Positions 49,983 through 60,519 of a DNA stretch of 64,000 nucleotides are shown here, in pieces. The first letter of the stretch is position 1; each line of letters starts with the position of its first letter. Source of the DNA: a virus; the IMG/VR virus record IMGVR_UViG_3300005573_000062, positions 1 through 64,000 of that record. One strand, 5' to 3'. The translations under genes and the position numbers were made by a program. Under the pieces are notes generated by a model. The model did no database searches, was not told the origin of the DNA, and saw only the letters and a list, made by a program, of their open reading frames with translations.

Positions 49983-50438
49983 ATGAAAATAAGAGTTGAT
50001 TCAAATGGAAATATTTTAGTAGTAGCAAGAGATAGTGAGACAGTAAGTGATTCTATAGCAATTCAAGATAATGAGGATTTATTACAGAATCCAGCTAAAT
50101 ATCAATATATAAATGGAACTTTGGTAAAAAGAAATTATGTTTCATTATCCACAAATAAAACAGATACTAATAACAACGGTATTCCTGATTGTTCAACAGG
50201 ATTAAATCATACTATTACTGCTACTTTTTATAATAGTGATGATACAATAGATACTACTGTTAATGGAACATTTAGTTTAATATTTTTAAACCAAGGCGGG
50301 CAGAGTAAAACTTACAGTATAACAATAACAAATGGAGTAGGAAGTATTGATTTGACTTCTGATTGGAGTGGAATTTATAGTATAATAGTTAATGATTCAA
50401 CGAGGTATTGTGGTGTGTTGTTTATAGAATTTATCTAA
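49983..50438 (+). CDS. Ig-like fibre-associated protein
   Basis: Beta-rich; ITNGVG.I.L....G.Y.I. Confidence 0.5.
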   Translation: MKIRVDSNGNILVVARDSETVSDSIAIQDNEDLLQNPAKYQYINGTLVKRNYVSLSTNKTDTNNNGIPDCSTGLNHTITATFYNSDDTIDTTVNGTFSLIFLNQGGQSKTYSITITNGVGSIDLTSDWSGIYSIIVNDSTRYCGVLFIEFI

Positions 50439-50456
50439 TAAAATTAAGGAGGTAAA

Positions 50457-50741
50457 ATGATACAATATTCATTTTCAAGAGTCGAGTTATTAAAAGATAG
50501 AACAACTAACAATGTAGTGGGTTTAATTACAGGAATGTCAGCTAATGATAGTGTTACGAATATGTCTTCCTATATAGATACCTCTTATAGTTTACCTACT
50601 CCTGTTGCATCATTAACGGATGATGAAATACGAAATATATGTTTGCAAATAGCTCAAGATAGTGGTTGGTATTCCATTTTGTATAATCAAATCCAATCTC
50701 TAAATAATCAACCAGTATCGACTTCAGTAACTGGAATATAA
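50457..50741 (+). CDS. Small fibre-associated protein
   Basis: AAGGAGGT RBS; similar to 50753. Confidence 0.5.
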   Translation: MIQYSFSRVELLKDRTTNNVVGLITGMSANDSVTNMSSYIDTSYSLPTPVASLTDDEIRNICLQIAQDSGWYSILYNQIQSLNNQPVSTSVTGI

Positions 50742-50752
50742 GGAGAAGAAAA

Positions 50753-51007
50753 ATGATAATAACTATAACTTTTACAGATAGTAAAGATGTTAATAATAAA
50801 ATAACCGGATTTACAGCTAATTTTTCAGCTACAGAAGACAGTTATACCTCAACTTCTTCTGTTAGTGTAACACTTAGCGCTCCTGTTGACTCATTGTCTA
50901 CCGATGAAAGAATAAAGGAATTGGATATGAATACAGTCATTAAATCGTTAAAAGACGATTTAGTAGTTAAAGGTGCAACCATAACTAAAATGACAATTTC
51001 TATATAA
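50753..51007 (+). CDS. Small fibre-associated protein
   Basis: L..PV.SL..DE shared with 50457. Confidence 0.5.
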   Translation: MIITITFTDSKDVNNKITGFTANFSATEDSYTSTSSVSVTLSAPVDSLSTDERIKELDMNTVIKSLKDDLVVKGATITKMTISI

Positions 51008-51031
51008 ATAGAATAAGAATTAAGTAATATT

Positions 51032-51265
51032 ATGGAAAACAAAGAATTAAAAGATTTGTTAAAAGAAGCAAATAGTCAACTTCAATTAAAAGCTCGATTC
51101 TCATATAATATTAATGTATATATAAATTCAACTGGAAATGATGTAATAGAAATAAAAGAAGACATTTTTCCTACATGGTATTTTATTAGAGGAGATAAAA
51201 AGTATTGTAAAGAATTTTTAGAAGATATAGCAAAATTATGTGGTGTAGAAATTGAAATAAAATAA
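51032..51265 (+). CDS. Hypothetical protein
   Basis: 77-aa ORF. Confidence 0.5.
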   Translation: MENKELKDLLKEANSQLQLKARFSYNINVYINSTGNDVIEIKEDIFPTWYFIRGDKKYCKEFLEDIAKLCGVEIEIK

Positions 51266-51275
51266 GGAGAATATT

Positions 51276-51569
51276 ATGATAAAAAAGTTAGAAATGAAAC
51301 TAATAGAAATACTTATAAAAGCTAAAATTGGAGAATGGATAGCTAAATTATTTTCTAAGCTCAAAGGAAACAAAACTGAAATAGCTCTTGTCTTGTTTGT
51401 AATAATAAAGTTTTGTATCTATAGTAGTATAATTCCATCCCAATTTATTCCAGTTGCTAATAAAGTAGCAGAGTCACTTTATCCAATTATAGCAATATCT
51501 TTTGGTGATAAAGTAAGAAGATATTGGGAATCTCTAAAAAAAGTCGGAGATGAAATAATAAACAAGTAA
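51276..51569 (+). CDS. Holin-like membrane protein
   Basis: LKG.KT.IA followed by two hydrophobic segments. Confidence 0.45.
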   Translation: MIKKLEMKLIEILIKAKIGEWIAKLFSKLKGNKTEIALVLFVIIKFCIYSSIIPSQFIPVANKVAESLYPIIAISFGDKVRRYWESLKKVGDEIINK

Positions 51570-51587
51570 TTTAAAATTGCTTTTTTA

Positions 51588-52019
51588 TTGAAAGTATTGG
51601 AGACAGAAATGTCAAAATTTAATGAAACGATTAGAGGAATCGAGGATAGATTAGATCTTCTACAGGATAATATTCAAGCAATCAAAGATGATCTTAAGAT
51701 ACTCGATTCGATTTCTACAAAAATAGACGTTTTGACAGAACAAGTGAAAAGTCACGATATAATCTTAAATGGGAATGGGTCTGAAGGTTTAAAGTCAAAA
51801 ATTTCAAGGTTTGAAGAAATAATAAGCGTTTTGAAAGAAAAGATAGACAATATTGTCACTTTATTATTTGGAGACCTAAATAACGAAGGTATCAAATCAA
51901 AAATTAATCTTATAGATTTTAAGATAGGTCTCATATCTGCTATCGGCGGTGTAGCCGGTGCAGTAGCAGTCACGATAATGTCTGACACTATAGTTAATTT
52001 AATTAAAAAAATATTTTAA
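51588..52019 (+). CDS. Coiled-coil protein with C-terminal TM helix
   Basis: L.GNG.EG.KS.I twice; hydrophobic tail; late motif at 51570. Confidence 0.55.
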   Translation: MKVLETEMSKFNETIRGIEDRLDLLQDNIQAIKDDLKILDSISTKIDVLTEQVKSHDIILNGNGSEGLKSKISRFEEIISVLKEKIDNIVTLLFGDLNNEGIKSKINLIDFKIGLISAIGGVAGAVAVTIMSDTIVNLIKKIF

Positions 52020-52033
52020 TTTTAGGAAATACA

Positions 52034-53047
52034 ATGGGATATCCTTTTTATGGAGTATACCTATACAATACTCCATATGTATATTATGGGCCAGATGGAA
52101 TAATAACATCATTAACTCAGAATCTTTATTATCATATTAATGCTGATCCAACTATTTATACTTTTTATTGGGTTATTCCAGAGGATTTGATAGATCTATC
52201 TGTGGAAAATATAGAATGGAAGATATGGATTTCAGAAACCCCCTTTTTTCAAATCTACGATGAATATACAAAGGATACTCCTGGGGTTGTATATCACAAT
52301 CAGGGGCCGGTTAGAGGATTTGATATCGGTTTATTAAACGGGAATAGAGAGTATGAAGACAGAGTATTTTATGTTAAAATGTTAAATAGTATAGGGTTTG
52401 AAAGTGCAGCATTACAAGTGATCGTTCCCAAAGACTATACTGAAGAATTTGCTGAAAGATTATTACTGAATACCCCAGTTTCGAATATATATGATCGAGA
52501 CTTATTAAAACTGTCGATAGAACAAAGAACAAAAAAGTATTATGCAGTATTATTTAGAATGCTTGGAGAAAATTTCGATATTTTAAATATGGCGATTAGA
52601 AAAGCTATCTATGATACTTCTCTATACTTATGCACAGATGAAGTTTTATATGAAAATTTTGGAGCCCCTTTTGGATGGGAAAAACCAGAAGGAATGGATT
52701 TTTTATTGTATAGACATATAATTCAAGGAGTGTATGAAAGTGTTCAGTATCAAGGAACTCCTCAATCGATTATAGAAATAATAAAAAGATTTACAGGGGT
52801 ATCTCCCGATATAATTCCATATAGCAATCTAATAAATTTTATTTGTGTAGATAATCAGAGTGACGAAAAAGTTTCTTTTGTAAAAGATTCTATAGGAGAT
52901 TTATATATTATATCAAGAGCAGCAGCAGGATTTGGTATTAAAATAAAAGTTAATAATGATGGAAATTTCGTGATTGATATTCCTAGTTTAAAATATTTGT
53001 TAAATAAATTTATTCCTTGTCATATTTATTCAACGGTGAGAACATGA
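52034..53047 (+). CDS. Baseplate wedge protein (gpI/gp7-like)
   Basis: LYENFG...., YR..I.......GT..SI...I..FTG, IP.H. Confidence 0.65.
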   Translation: MGYPFYGVYLYNTPYVYYGPDGIITSLTQNLYYHINADPTIYTFYWVIPEDLIDLSVENIEWKIWISETPFFQIYDEYTKDTPGVVYHNQGPVRGFDIGLLNGNREYEDRVFYVKMLNSIGFESAALQVIVPKDYTEEFAERLLLNTPVSNIYDRDLLKLSIEQRTKKYYAVLFRMLGENFDILNMAIRKAIYDTSLYLCTDEVLYENFGAPFGWEKPEGMDFLLYRHIIQGVYESVQYQGTPQSIIEIIKRFTGVSPDIIPYSNLINFICVDNQSDEKVSFVKDSIGDLYIISRAAAGFGIKIKVNNDGNFVIDIPSLKYLLNKFIPCHIYSTVRT

Positions 53048-54807
53048 AAAAAGAAAATTGGCAAAACGGACAACCTATTATTACAAATGATCTAGTATGG
53101 GCTTCAGAATCAAAAGAAGAAGCTATAAAAGAAAGATTAACAGATTTTGTGTCTAAAGGGGTAGTAGACAACAGCCAACTAAATGGAGAATCTATTCCTT
53201 TTGAAATCTATAAAGACGACGATATCCACTTTACAGTTAAAACTGGGGTAGGATTTTCTTTAACTGGAGAAAGAATCTTAATAAATCAAAATACTCCATA
53301 TAATGAAAATAATCCAAATCATACATCAGATGATGGACATGGAAATCAGATTTCTACTCCTCAATCAACAGGAAATCAATATATTCCTATTTTAAATCAA
53401 CCTACAATATATGTATGGATAACATATTTAGAAACAACAAATTTAGAATCCCAGTGGATACGAGTAGCAGATGATGGACAAACTTTATTATATGTAAAAA
53501 AAGAGGATGGATATAAAATAGAACAAACAACTACTTCCACTCCTCCAGACAATAATAATTCTATTTTATTAGGAACGATAACAACAGATTCTCAAGGAAA
53601 AATAAGTACAATAGATTATTCATTGAGAGAAAAAGCTACTATAAATGCTAGAAAAGTATCTGGAAATATCGGAACAATCAATGATCGTCCTTCAACATAT
53701 CAGGGAAATGTCAATATACAGGATCATCTATACTCTATAGGTTCTGGAATTGTTACCCCTTTCAACCCACATGGGTTGTCAGCCCAAGACTTAGGAATTG
53801 AATTACCAGAAGGGAAAGAACATCAATCTAAATTTCACACATCTGGGATTTTTTCGAATGATCCCAATTCAACTTCATTTGCTTTATACGGAATAGCTAC
53901 TGTAGAAAGTGCAACAAATAAAGATATATTTAGAATAAAAGCATTGAGTAGTTATAAAAATGAAGGGGTTTTAATAAACGGAATTTATATAGATCCTAGT
54001 ATATTATATAATGATACTACTTTTACTTTTGATACCCAAAATGCTGGATTATATTTATTTGTTTTAGATTCTACTCAGAAAAAAATTATTATGCTTGGAC
54101 CTTATACTGGTGAAAATGATCCAAATTATTCAAATTCATTAAATAATATAAATTACTTACCTTTATGGCAAGTATGGTGGGTATCAAATCCAAATCCAGA
54201 AGATCAAAATAATTTTGATTTAGTGAATACTAAAGATTTAAGAGTATTTGGGAATACTTCTGAATATAATATCCAGGGGCATATAATCAATGGGTTATTA
54301 GAAGGAGCATCTTTTACTAATAGAAATACGACAATATATTATGCCAGAGTTATTGGAACCCAATCTAATAATCTATTCAATGTCGTCGGACAAGATATAT
54401 CGATAAAGATCGACAATGGTGGACAACAAAATTGGACTTTTGTTGGAAAAGGATCATTATCTATTGACGGAGTTATTTATCAGCTGAATTCAAATATAAC
54501 TGGATTATTAGCAGAAAAAACAAAAGACAACAAAATTAAATTATTAGCAAAAACTAAAATAGAAATAGTAGAAGGAAGTGCTTTACAAAATCTTGGATTT
54601 ACTTCAGGAACGATAGATAGCGGAGATCCGAAAGAAATAAAAAGTATCGGTGATTTAATACCTTCTAGTTTAGAAATATATTATAATCAATCTGATCCAG
54701 ATAAATTAGATTATTTAATTTTTTCGTCTAATAACAAAAGGTTTAAAGAACAAATAATATATGATTCTGAAGATAATATAATTGGAGTAACTAGTACACA
54801 AATATGA
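53044..54807 (+). CDS. Baseplate/tail-fibre anchor protein (paralog 1)
   Basis: MKKENWQN.QP..TNDL.WASESKEEAIKER shared with 57847. Confidence 0.6.
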   Translation: MKKENWQNGQPIITNDLVWASESKEEAIKERLTDFVSKGVVDNSQLNGESIPFEIYKDDDIHFTVKTGVGFSLTGERILINQNTPYNENNPNHTSDDGHGNQISTPQSTGNQYIPILNQPTIYVWITYLETTNLESQWIRVADDGQTLLYVKKEDGYKIEQTTTSTPPDNNNSILLGTITTDSQGKISTIDYSLREKATINARKVSGNIGTINDRPSTYQGNVNIQDHLYSIGSGIVTPFNPHGLSAQDLGIELPEGKEHQSKFHTSGIFSNDPNSTSFALYGIATVESATNKDIFRIKALSSYKNEGVLINGIYIDPSILYNDTTFTFDTQNAGLYLFVLDSTQKKIIMLGPYTGENDPNYSNSLNNINYLPLWQVWWVSNPNPEDQNNFDLVNTKDLRVFGNTSEYNIQGHIINGLLEGASFTNRNTTIYYARVIGTQSNNLFNVVGQDISIKIDNGGQQNWTFVGKGSLSIDGVIYQLNSNITGLLAEKTKDNKIKLLAKTKIEIVEGSALQNLGFTSGTIDSGDPKEIKSIGDLIPSSLEIYYNQSDPDKLDYLIFSSNNKRFKEQIIYDSEDNIIGVTSTQI

Positions 54808-55571
54808 TTTTAAAGGTATTATATGTTATTTTAAAGAAAGCATTAACTAAGATAAATTGGATAATTGACAATCTTATAAATTATCATAGTATAACTATTA
54901 CTAGTAGTCAATCTTTTACTGTACCTGATGGTGTGGATACTCTCTATATAACTGCATGCGCTGGAGGGGCTGGGGGAACGGATGGAAATCCAAGTCCAGG
55001 AAATAAATTGGATGGAGGTGGTAGTGGAGCTTTTTGTGTAGATTATCCTATACAGGTATATCCAAATATGACATTAAATATTGTGATTGGTAATGGTGGT
55101 AGTGTTGGGGTGATAGGAGAACCTACATATATAAGATATGGAGATTCATCATCAACCAGTTATCTTTTATATTTAGGAGGAGGAGGAAATCCATCCTCAG
55201 GAGTTAAAACATACGGAGGAACTTTTTTAGGAGTAATAATACTTCCATCAAGTAATGGGGGGACTTATATTACTATGTCTTACCCAGATGATTCTATATT
55301 ATATCAGTATGGATTTCCTGGCGCAGGAGGAGGATCAGCAGGAGCAATTGGTACAAATTCTCCTGGAAAGTGTGGTAATCCTAATATTCCTAATTATGGA
55401 GATATGATTGGAGGATACCCATTTTTTTCGGATTTATCAGGGGCAGGAGGAATGGGAGCACTTAAAGAAGCAAATGGAACAACACACCCAGCACAACCTG
55501 GTAAAAATGGATTTATGAAAATAAAATATTTTACTAAGAAAAAAGCAAAGTTATTAGAAAAAATAATATGA
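54804..55571 (+). CDS. Glycine-rich tail adhesin-like protein 1
   Basis: F.VPDGV..LYITACAGG.GG, GGGSGA, G..G...I.Y. Confidence 0.7.
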   Translation: MILKVLYVILKKALTKINWIIDNLINYHSITITSSQSFTVPDGVDTLYITACAGGAGGTDGNPSPGNKLDGGGSGAFCVDYPIQVYPNMTLNIVIGNGGSVGVIGEPTYIRYGDSSSTSYLLYLGGGGNPSSGVKTYGGTFLGVIILPSSNGGTYITMSYPDDSILYQYGFPGAGGGSAGAIGTNSPGKCGNPNIPNYGDMIGGYPFFSDLSGAGGMGALKEANGTTHPAQPGKNGFMKIKYFTKKKAKLLEKII

Positions 55572-56503
55572 ACTATTTTCTTATCAATTTAAGTCAAAAA
55601 ATTTTAAAAATAATCAAATTTTTAATTTCATTATTTTTTACTTCAACAACTAAACATGAATTGATTTTTTATCAAAGTGGATTTTTTAGAGTGCCTGATA
55701 ATGTAGATACAATATATATAACTGCTTGTGCTGGAGGAGGTTCTGGGGGTAGTTTATATAATGTAGCAGGAGGGTTGAGAGCATGTGGAGGAGGAGGTAG
55801 TGGAGCCTATTGCGTAAATTATCCACTTAAAGTTATTCCAGGTTCTGAAATAAGCATAATAGTCGGAGCAGGAGGAATAGCTCCTACTACAAGTAATGGA
55901 GGAAGTAATGGAGGAAATACATATATTGAAAATATCGCATTAAGAGGAGGAAGAGGCGGAAAATCAGATTCAGATGGTAGAGGAGGAGGAAATGGGGGAT
56001 TTGTTTGGAATTTCCCAGAAAGTCCAGGAGGGACAGCTGGGCATGACGGATCTGACGGAGGATTTTTATTTAATAAATCAACTTATTATCATTATAACTA
56101 TTTGAAATATTTAAGAGATACTTTATTTTTTACTTATTGTTTTCCTGGTGCTGGAGGAGGTGGAGGAGATTCATACGTAACTACTCAAGGAAAAGGAGGT
56201 AGGTGTGGAGATCCATCTTCTTATGATTTACCTTCTACTCCTACTTCTGGAGATTATCCTGGAGGAGAAATATGGCAGTATGCTATGTCAGGAGGTGGAG
56301 GAGCAAGTTCACCTTGGGGGAAAGGAGGAAAAGGAAGTGGTTTTAATTCAAATGGAAATTTAGTACCTCCTGAAAACGGTTCAGGATACGGTTCTGGAGG
56401 TGGAGGAGCCGCTATACCTGCCGGTTCAACATGGGGATATTCACAAAAAGGAGGTAATGGAGCTCCAGGATTTGTATATATCAAATATTATCAACCGATT
56501 TAG
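55568..56503 (+). CDS. Glycine-rich tail adhesin-like protein 2
   Basis: Same domain; close paralog of 56507. Confidence 0.7.
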   Translation: MNYFLINLSQKILKIIKFLISLFFTSTTKHELIFYQSGFFRVPDNVDTIYITACAGGGSGGSLYNVAGGLRACGGGGSGAYCVNYPLKVIPGSEISIIVGAGGIAPTTSNGGSNGGNTYIENIALRGGRGGKSDSDGRGGGNGGFVWNFPESPGGTAGHDGSDGGFLFNKSTYYHYNYLKYLRDTLFFTYCFPGAGGGGGDSYVTTQGKGGRCGDPSSYDLPSTPTSGDYPGGEIWQYAMSGGGGASSPWGKGGKGSGFNSNGNLVPPENGSGYGSGGGGAAIPAGSTWGYSQKGGNGAPGFVYIKYYQPI

Positions 56504-56506
56504 ATT

Positions 56507-57433
56507 ATGAATTATTTTATATTAAGACTTAGTAGAAGGTTGTTAGAACTTTTAGAATCTATAACTTCATTATTTTTTACTTCGACAATCAAACATGAAT
56601 TGATTTTTTATCAAAGTGGATTTTTTAGGGTACCTGACAATGTAGATATAATATACGTAACGGCGATAGCAGGAGGAGGATCTGGATGTACTTTTATTAT
56701 GAGTGGCTACCATGGTGGTGGCGGAGGAGGAGGTAGTGGAGCGTATTGTGTAAATTATCCACTTAAAGTTATTCCAGGTTCTGAAATAAGTATAATAGTC
56801 GGGGCGGGAGGAACAGCTCCTGGAAGTACAGGAGGAAGTAATGGAGGTAATACCCAATGTGCAGGATTAATTCTTTTAGGAGGACAAGGAGGGCAACTAA
56901 GTACTAATCCAGAAGGAGGAAATGGAGGTTCAGTTTGGGATTTTCCAGGAGCTTCTGGAGGAAATTCAGGAAAAGATGGAGTTAATGGCGGATTTCTTTT
57001 TAATAAAACGTATACAGATAGTCACTATTATTCATTGTATCATTTAAAAGAATTTGAAGATCTTAATTTTTTTACTTATAGCTTTCCTGGTGCTGGAGGA
57101 GGTGGAGGATGGCCAGGTCCTGGAGGTTCATCTGGTTCAGGTGGTAAATGTGGAGATCCATCTTCTTATGATTTACCTTCTACTCCTACTTTTGGAGATT
57201 ACTCTGGAGGAATAGGTGGATCAGGAGGATATTCAGGAGGCGGAGGAGCAAGTTCTCCTTGGGGGCAAGGAGGAAAAGGTGGAGTTAATTATAACGAACC
57301 TGGAGGTTATCCTCCTGAAAATGGTTCAGGATATGGTTCTGGAGGGGGTGGGGCAGGAGTAGATAATTGGGGTACAACAGGAGGTAATGGAACTTCAGGA
57401 TTTGTATATATTAAGTATTATCAACCTAATTAA
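56507..57433 (+). CDS. Glycine-rich tail adhesin-like protein 3
   Basis: Same domain. Confidence 0.7.
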   Translation: MNYFILRLSRRLLELLESITSLFFTSTIKHELIFYQSGFFRVPDNVDIIYVTAIAGGGSGCTFIMSGYHGGGGGGGSGAYCVNYPLKVIPGSEISIIVGAGGTAPGSTGGSNGGNTQCAGLILLGGQGGQLSTNPEGGNGGSVWDFPGASGGNSGKDGVNGGFLFNKTYTDSHYYSLYHLKEFEDLNFFTYSFPGAGGGGGWPGPGGSSGSGGKCGDPSSYDLPSTPTFGDYSGGIGGSGGYSGGGGASSPWGQGGKGGVNYNEPGGYPPENGSGYGSGGGGAGVDNWGTTGGNGTSGFVYIKYYQPN

Positions 57434-57442
57434 GGAGTTAAT

Positions 57443-57850
57443 ATGTCAAATTATGCAATAATAAAAGATAATAGAGTAATAAACGTAATAGTAGCAGATC
57501 AATTATTTATCAATAAATGGCTTCCTATGAGTGGTTTTGATTTAGCGATATTACAGGATAAAGAAAAAGGACATATTGGACAATTATATAAAGATAATAA
57601 ATTTTATGAATTATACACAGTAAAAGAAGATTTTTCAAGTCAAATAGATGGAAATAAAAATATCTTCACTCTTTCAAAAATACCAATGAAAGATTATGAA
57701 ATTCCAGGAGGTAAAGAAGATATAAATGTAATACTAAATGATAAAAATATAGACTTTAATTACGAAAATAATAGTATTATTTTATCTACTACCCCACAAA
57801 AAGAAGATATATTAATAGTTTTTTATAAGACAGTACGAGAAATAATATGA
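57443..57850 (+). CDS. Fibre-associated protein
   Basis: YAII.D..V.NVIVAD N-domain plus IDG.K.IFTL beta-domain. Confidence 0.55.
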   Translation: MSNYAIIKDNRVINVIVADQLFINKWLPMSGFDLAILQDKEKGHIGQLYKDNKFYELYTVKEDFSSQIDGNKNIFTLSKIPMKDYEIPGGKEDINVILNDKNIDFNYENNSIILSTTPQKEDILIVFYKTVREII

Positions 57851-59574
57851 AAAAAGAAAATTGGCAAAATGAACAACCAGTTTTAACTAACGATTTAACA
57901 TGGGCTTCAGAGTCTAAAGAAGAGGCTATTAAAGAAAGAACTATTGACTTTTTTCAGAGTGGAGTAATTAAAAATTATTTAAATGAATTCGTATTTGGAG
58001 TAAATTCAGAAGATCCAACTTCATTAGATGTAAAGACCGGAGTAGCATACAACAAGGACGGAGAAAGAATAATAATAGATACTCTTATACAATATAATCC
58101 AGACGCTCCTAATACATATTCTCCTGATGGACTTGGAGGATTTGTATTAACACCTCAATCAACTGGATCATTAAAAATACCGATAACAGCAAATAAATAT
58201 ACTTATATATTTATCTCTTATTTAGAAACAACAGATCCTAGTGTATATGTACTTCAATACGAAACGTCGAAAAGATTGTATACTAAACATTTAGACGGGT
58301 ATATAATAACTAAAGTAGAAAGTGATACAATTGTTCAAGATCCTTATTCTTCACTAGGAATAGGTGATAGTTATATCTGTTTAGGTTATGTTTATCGAGA
58401 AACAGGACAAAATTTAATTCCTACTAATTTCAACTATCAAAATAAAAAATATTTAATTCCTCAATCTGGATTAATTTCATTAAATAACGTTAAAAGCGAT
58501 AAAAGTGATAGAACTACTACATATGATTATAGTCAAACAATTTCTATAAATGATCATGTTAAAGCAGTCGGTTCTGGAACTATAACTCCTAATAATCCTC
58601 ATGGACTGACTTTAAATGACATCGGATTAGAGGTTGAAGTGCTTTCTAATCATGAGCAAGTATTTCATCAAACACAATTTTATAACGCATTAGGAATACC
58701 GACGGATAGTTTAGAAGTTTATGTTAATTACGTTAGTACTAGAACTGATGAGCTATATGTTAGAGAAATAGAAAAGGGGGATTATGTCTCAATAAATGGA
58801 AATCGAATAAGTAATCAGGATATTGATTCTGAAACACAAATATTATTATATAATGGTAGTGTATTACTATCATCTGGAAAATACATTGTTTATTTAGATT
58901 CAATAGATAAAAAAATTAAATTAGCGAGTGATGCAGATAATACAAATAAAAATTATATAGTAATATACAAAGAGATAACTACTCTTTTAAATGTTTCTCC
59001 ATTAAATGTCTTAGATGATCCTAATAACTTAAAATTGTATGAAGTTTATTTTTCTCAGACTAAAGACTATTCTAATATCGACGAAGTGCAAGGTTCTCCG
59101 GCAAATGGTTTATCCAACTTTTTATATAAAATAGATTTTAGAAAATTCAAGTTGACAAATTATTTTTCTTCTCCAACCTGGCTTAAATTTACTAAAACAT
59201 TTATTGATTTCAAAACTCAAACACAATTATATACTACTAAATCAAAATTAATGACACTTCCTCCTGGAACTTTTCTTCATTCAATTAAAATAAAACCAAG
59301 GGTTCCAATGATTACATCACCTAATCAGTCTGGGAATCCTTCTAATTTATCAATTGGAACAGATACTTCAAAAAATGAATTTACAATAGACTATGATATA
59401 AATGTTGCAGAATCAGATTCTAATTATCAACTTACAAATTTAAATCGTATTTACTCTAATAATTCATTCGATATTTATGCACATTTAACTGTATTAAATC
59501 CTCCAAGTCAAGGATTAAATACTCTCTTTCGAGGTGAGGTAGATATATGGATTTTAGTCAGTTCAACTTTATAA
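57847..59574 (+). CDS. Baseplate/tail-fibre anchor protein (paralog 2)
   Basis: N-terminal half paralogous to 53044 (TPQSTG, GSG..TP.NPHGL). Confidence 0.6.
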   Translation: MKKENWQNEQPVLTNDLTWASESKEEAIKERTIDFFQSGVIKNYLNEFVFGVNSEDPTSLDVKTGVAYNKDGERIIIDTLIQYNPDAPNTYSPDGLGGFVLTPQSTGSLKIPITANKYTYIFISYLETTDPSVYVLQYETSKRLYTKHLDGYIITKVESDTIVQDPYSSLGIGDSYICLGYVYRETGQNLIPTNFNYQNKKYLIPQSGLISLNNVKSDKSDRTTTYDYSQTISINDHVKAVGSGTITPNNPHGLTLNDIGLEVEVLSNHEQVFHQTQFYNALGIPTDSLEVYVNYVSTRTDELYVREIEKGDYVSINGNRISNQDIDSETQILLYNGSVLLSSGKYIVYLDSIDKKIKLASDADNTNKNYIVIYKEITTLLNVSPLNVLDDPNNLKLYEVYFSQTKDYSNIDEVQGSPANGLSNFLYKIDFRKFKLTNYFSSPTWLKFTKTFIDFKTQTQLYTTKSKLMTLPPGTFLHSIKIKPRVPMITSPNQSGNPSNLSIGTDTSKNEFTIDYDINVAESDSNYQLTNLNRIYSNNSFDIYAHLTVLNPPSQGLNTLFRGEVDIWILVSSTL

Positions 59575-60506
59575 ATCGATTAAAATCAATTTATTATAAA
59601 CTTTTTCCTTCTAAAATAAAACTTTATCCTTCATCCTATCATATTTTATCTAATTATTATGATTCCTTTAATCTACAGATAAAAGAAGCATGGAAATACA
59701 CCAGAGGGACTGGAGTTAAAGTCGCGATTCTTGATACTGGAATAGATTTTAATCATTCAGATTTAAAAAGTGGAGTAATAAAAGTACAGGATATAACAAC
59801 AGATAGAAATCCATTAGATCGTGTAGGGCATGGAACTCACGTTGCAGGAATAATAGGAGCCAGAGGAAAGATGACTGGAGTTGCTCCAGATTGTGAATTA
59901 TATTCGATTAAGGTGTTAAATGATCAAGGGTCGGGTACAGATGAGTGGTTATATCAAGGAATTCTATCAGCTATAGATTTGAAAGTTAATATTATAAACA
60001 TGTCACTGGGAAGTACAATATACAATCCTAGGGTTGAAAGTGCAATAAAAAAAGCATACGACCAAGGAATAATACTTATTGCAGCAGCAGGTAATGACGG
60101 ATATGTAGGAAATGGGGTTGATACTATAGGATACCCAGCTAAGTTCGACGAAGTAATAGCAGTAGGAGCAATTGATCCAAATGGGAACAGAGCGTCTTTC
60201 TCTTCAGTCGGGAAAGAACTAGATATTTGTACTTTTGGAACCAATATCACAAGTACCTGGCCGAACAATTTATATGTTAAACTTTCAGGAACCTCGATGG
60301 CCTGTCCTTTTATAACTGGGGTTGCAGCACTAATCTATTCTTCTCACAACATTCTACGTATATCGAAACATGAAATTCAGAATACTCACGAAATGCTAGA
60401 CCACTTAAAACGTCATTGTATCGACCTCGGCCCTCAAGGGATAGATGAATTATACGGAAATGGAGCACTCAATCTAGCAGATCCAGATTCCTTCTTTAAA
60501 GACTGA
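59547..60506 (+). CDS. Subtilisin-like S8 serine protease
   Basis: ILDTG, HGTHVAG, AAAGN, GTSMACP. Confidence 0.93.
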   Translation: MDFSQFNFINRLKSIYYKLFPSKIKLYPSSYHILSNYYDSFNLQIKEAWKYTRGTGVKVAILDTGIDFNHSDLKSGVIKVQDITTDRNPLDRVGHGTHVAGIIGARGKMTGVAPDCELYSIKVLNDQGSGTDEWLYQGILSAIDLKVNIINMSLGSTIYNPRVESAIKKAYDQGIILIAAAGNDGYVGNGVDTIGYPAKFDEVIAVGAIDPNGNRASFSSVGKELDICTFGTNITSTWPNNLYVKLSGTSMACPFITGVAALIYSSHNILRISKHEIQNTHEMLDHLKRHCIDLGPQGIDELYGNGALNLADPDSFFKD

Positions 60507-60519
60507 TCATAATATTCTT

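Noticed and set aside
55568-57433. DGR template/variable repeat pair
   Set aside because: Differences are not adenine-restricted, both copies are full genes, and no reverse transcriptase is in the window
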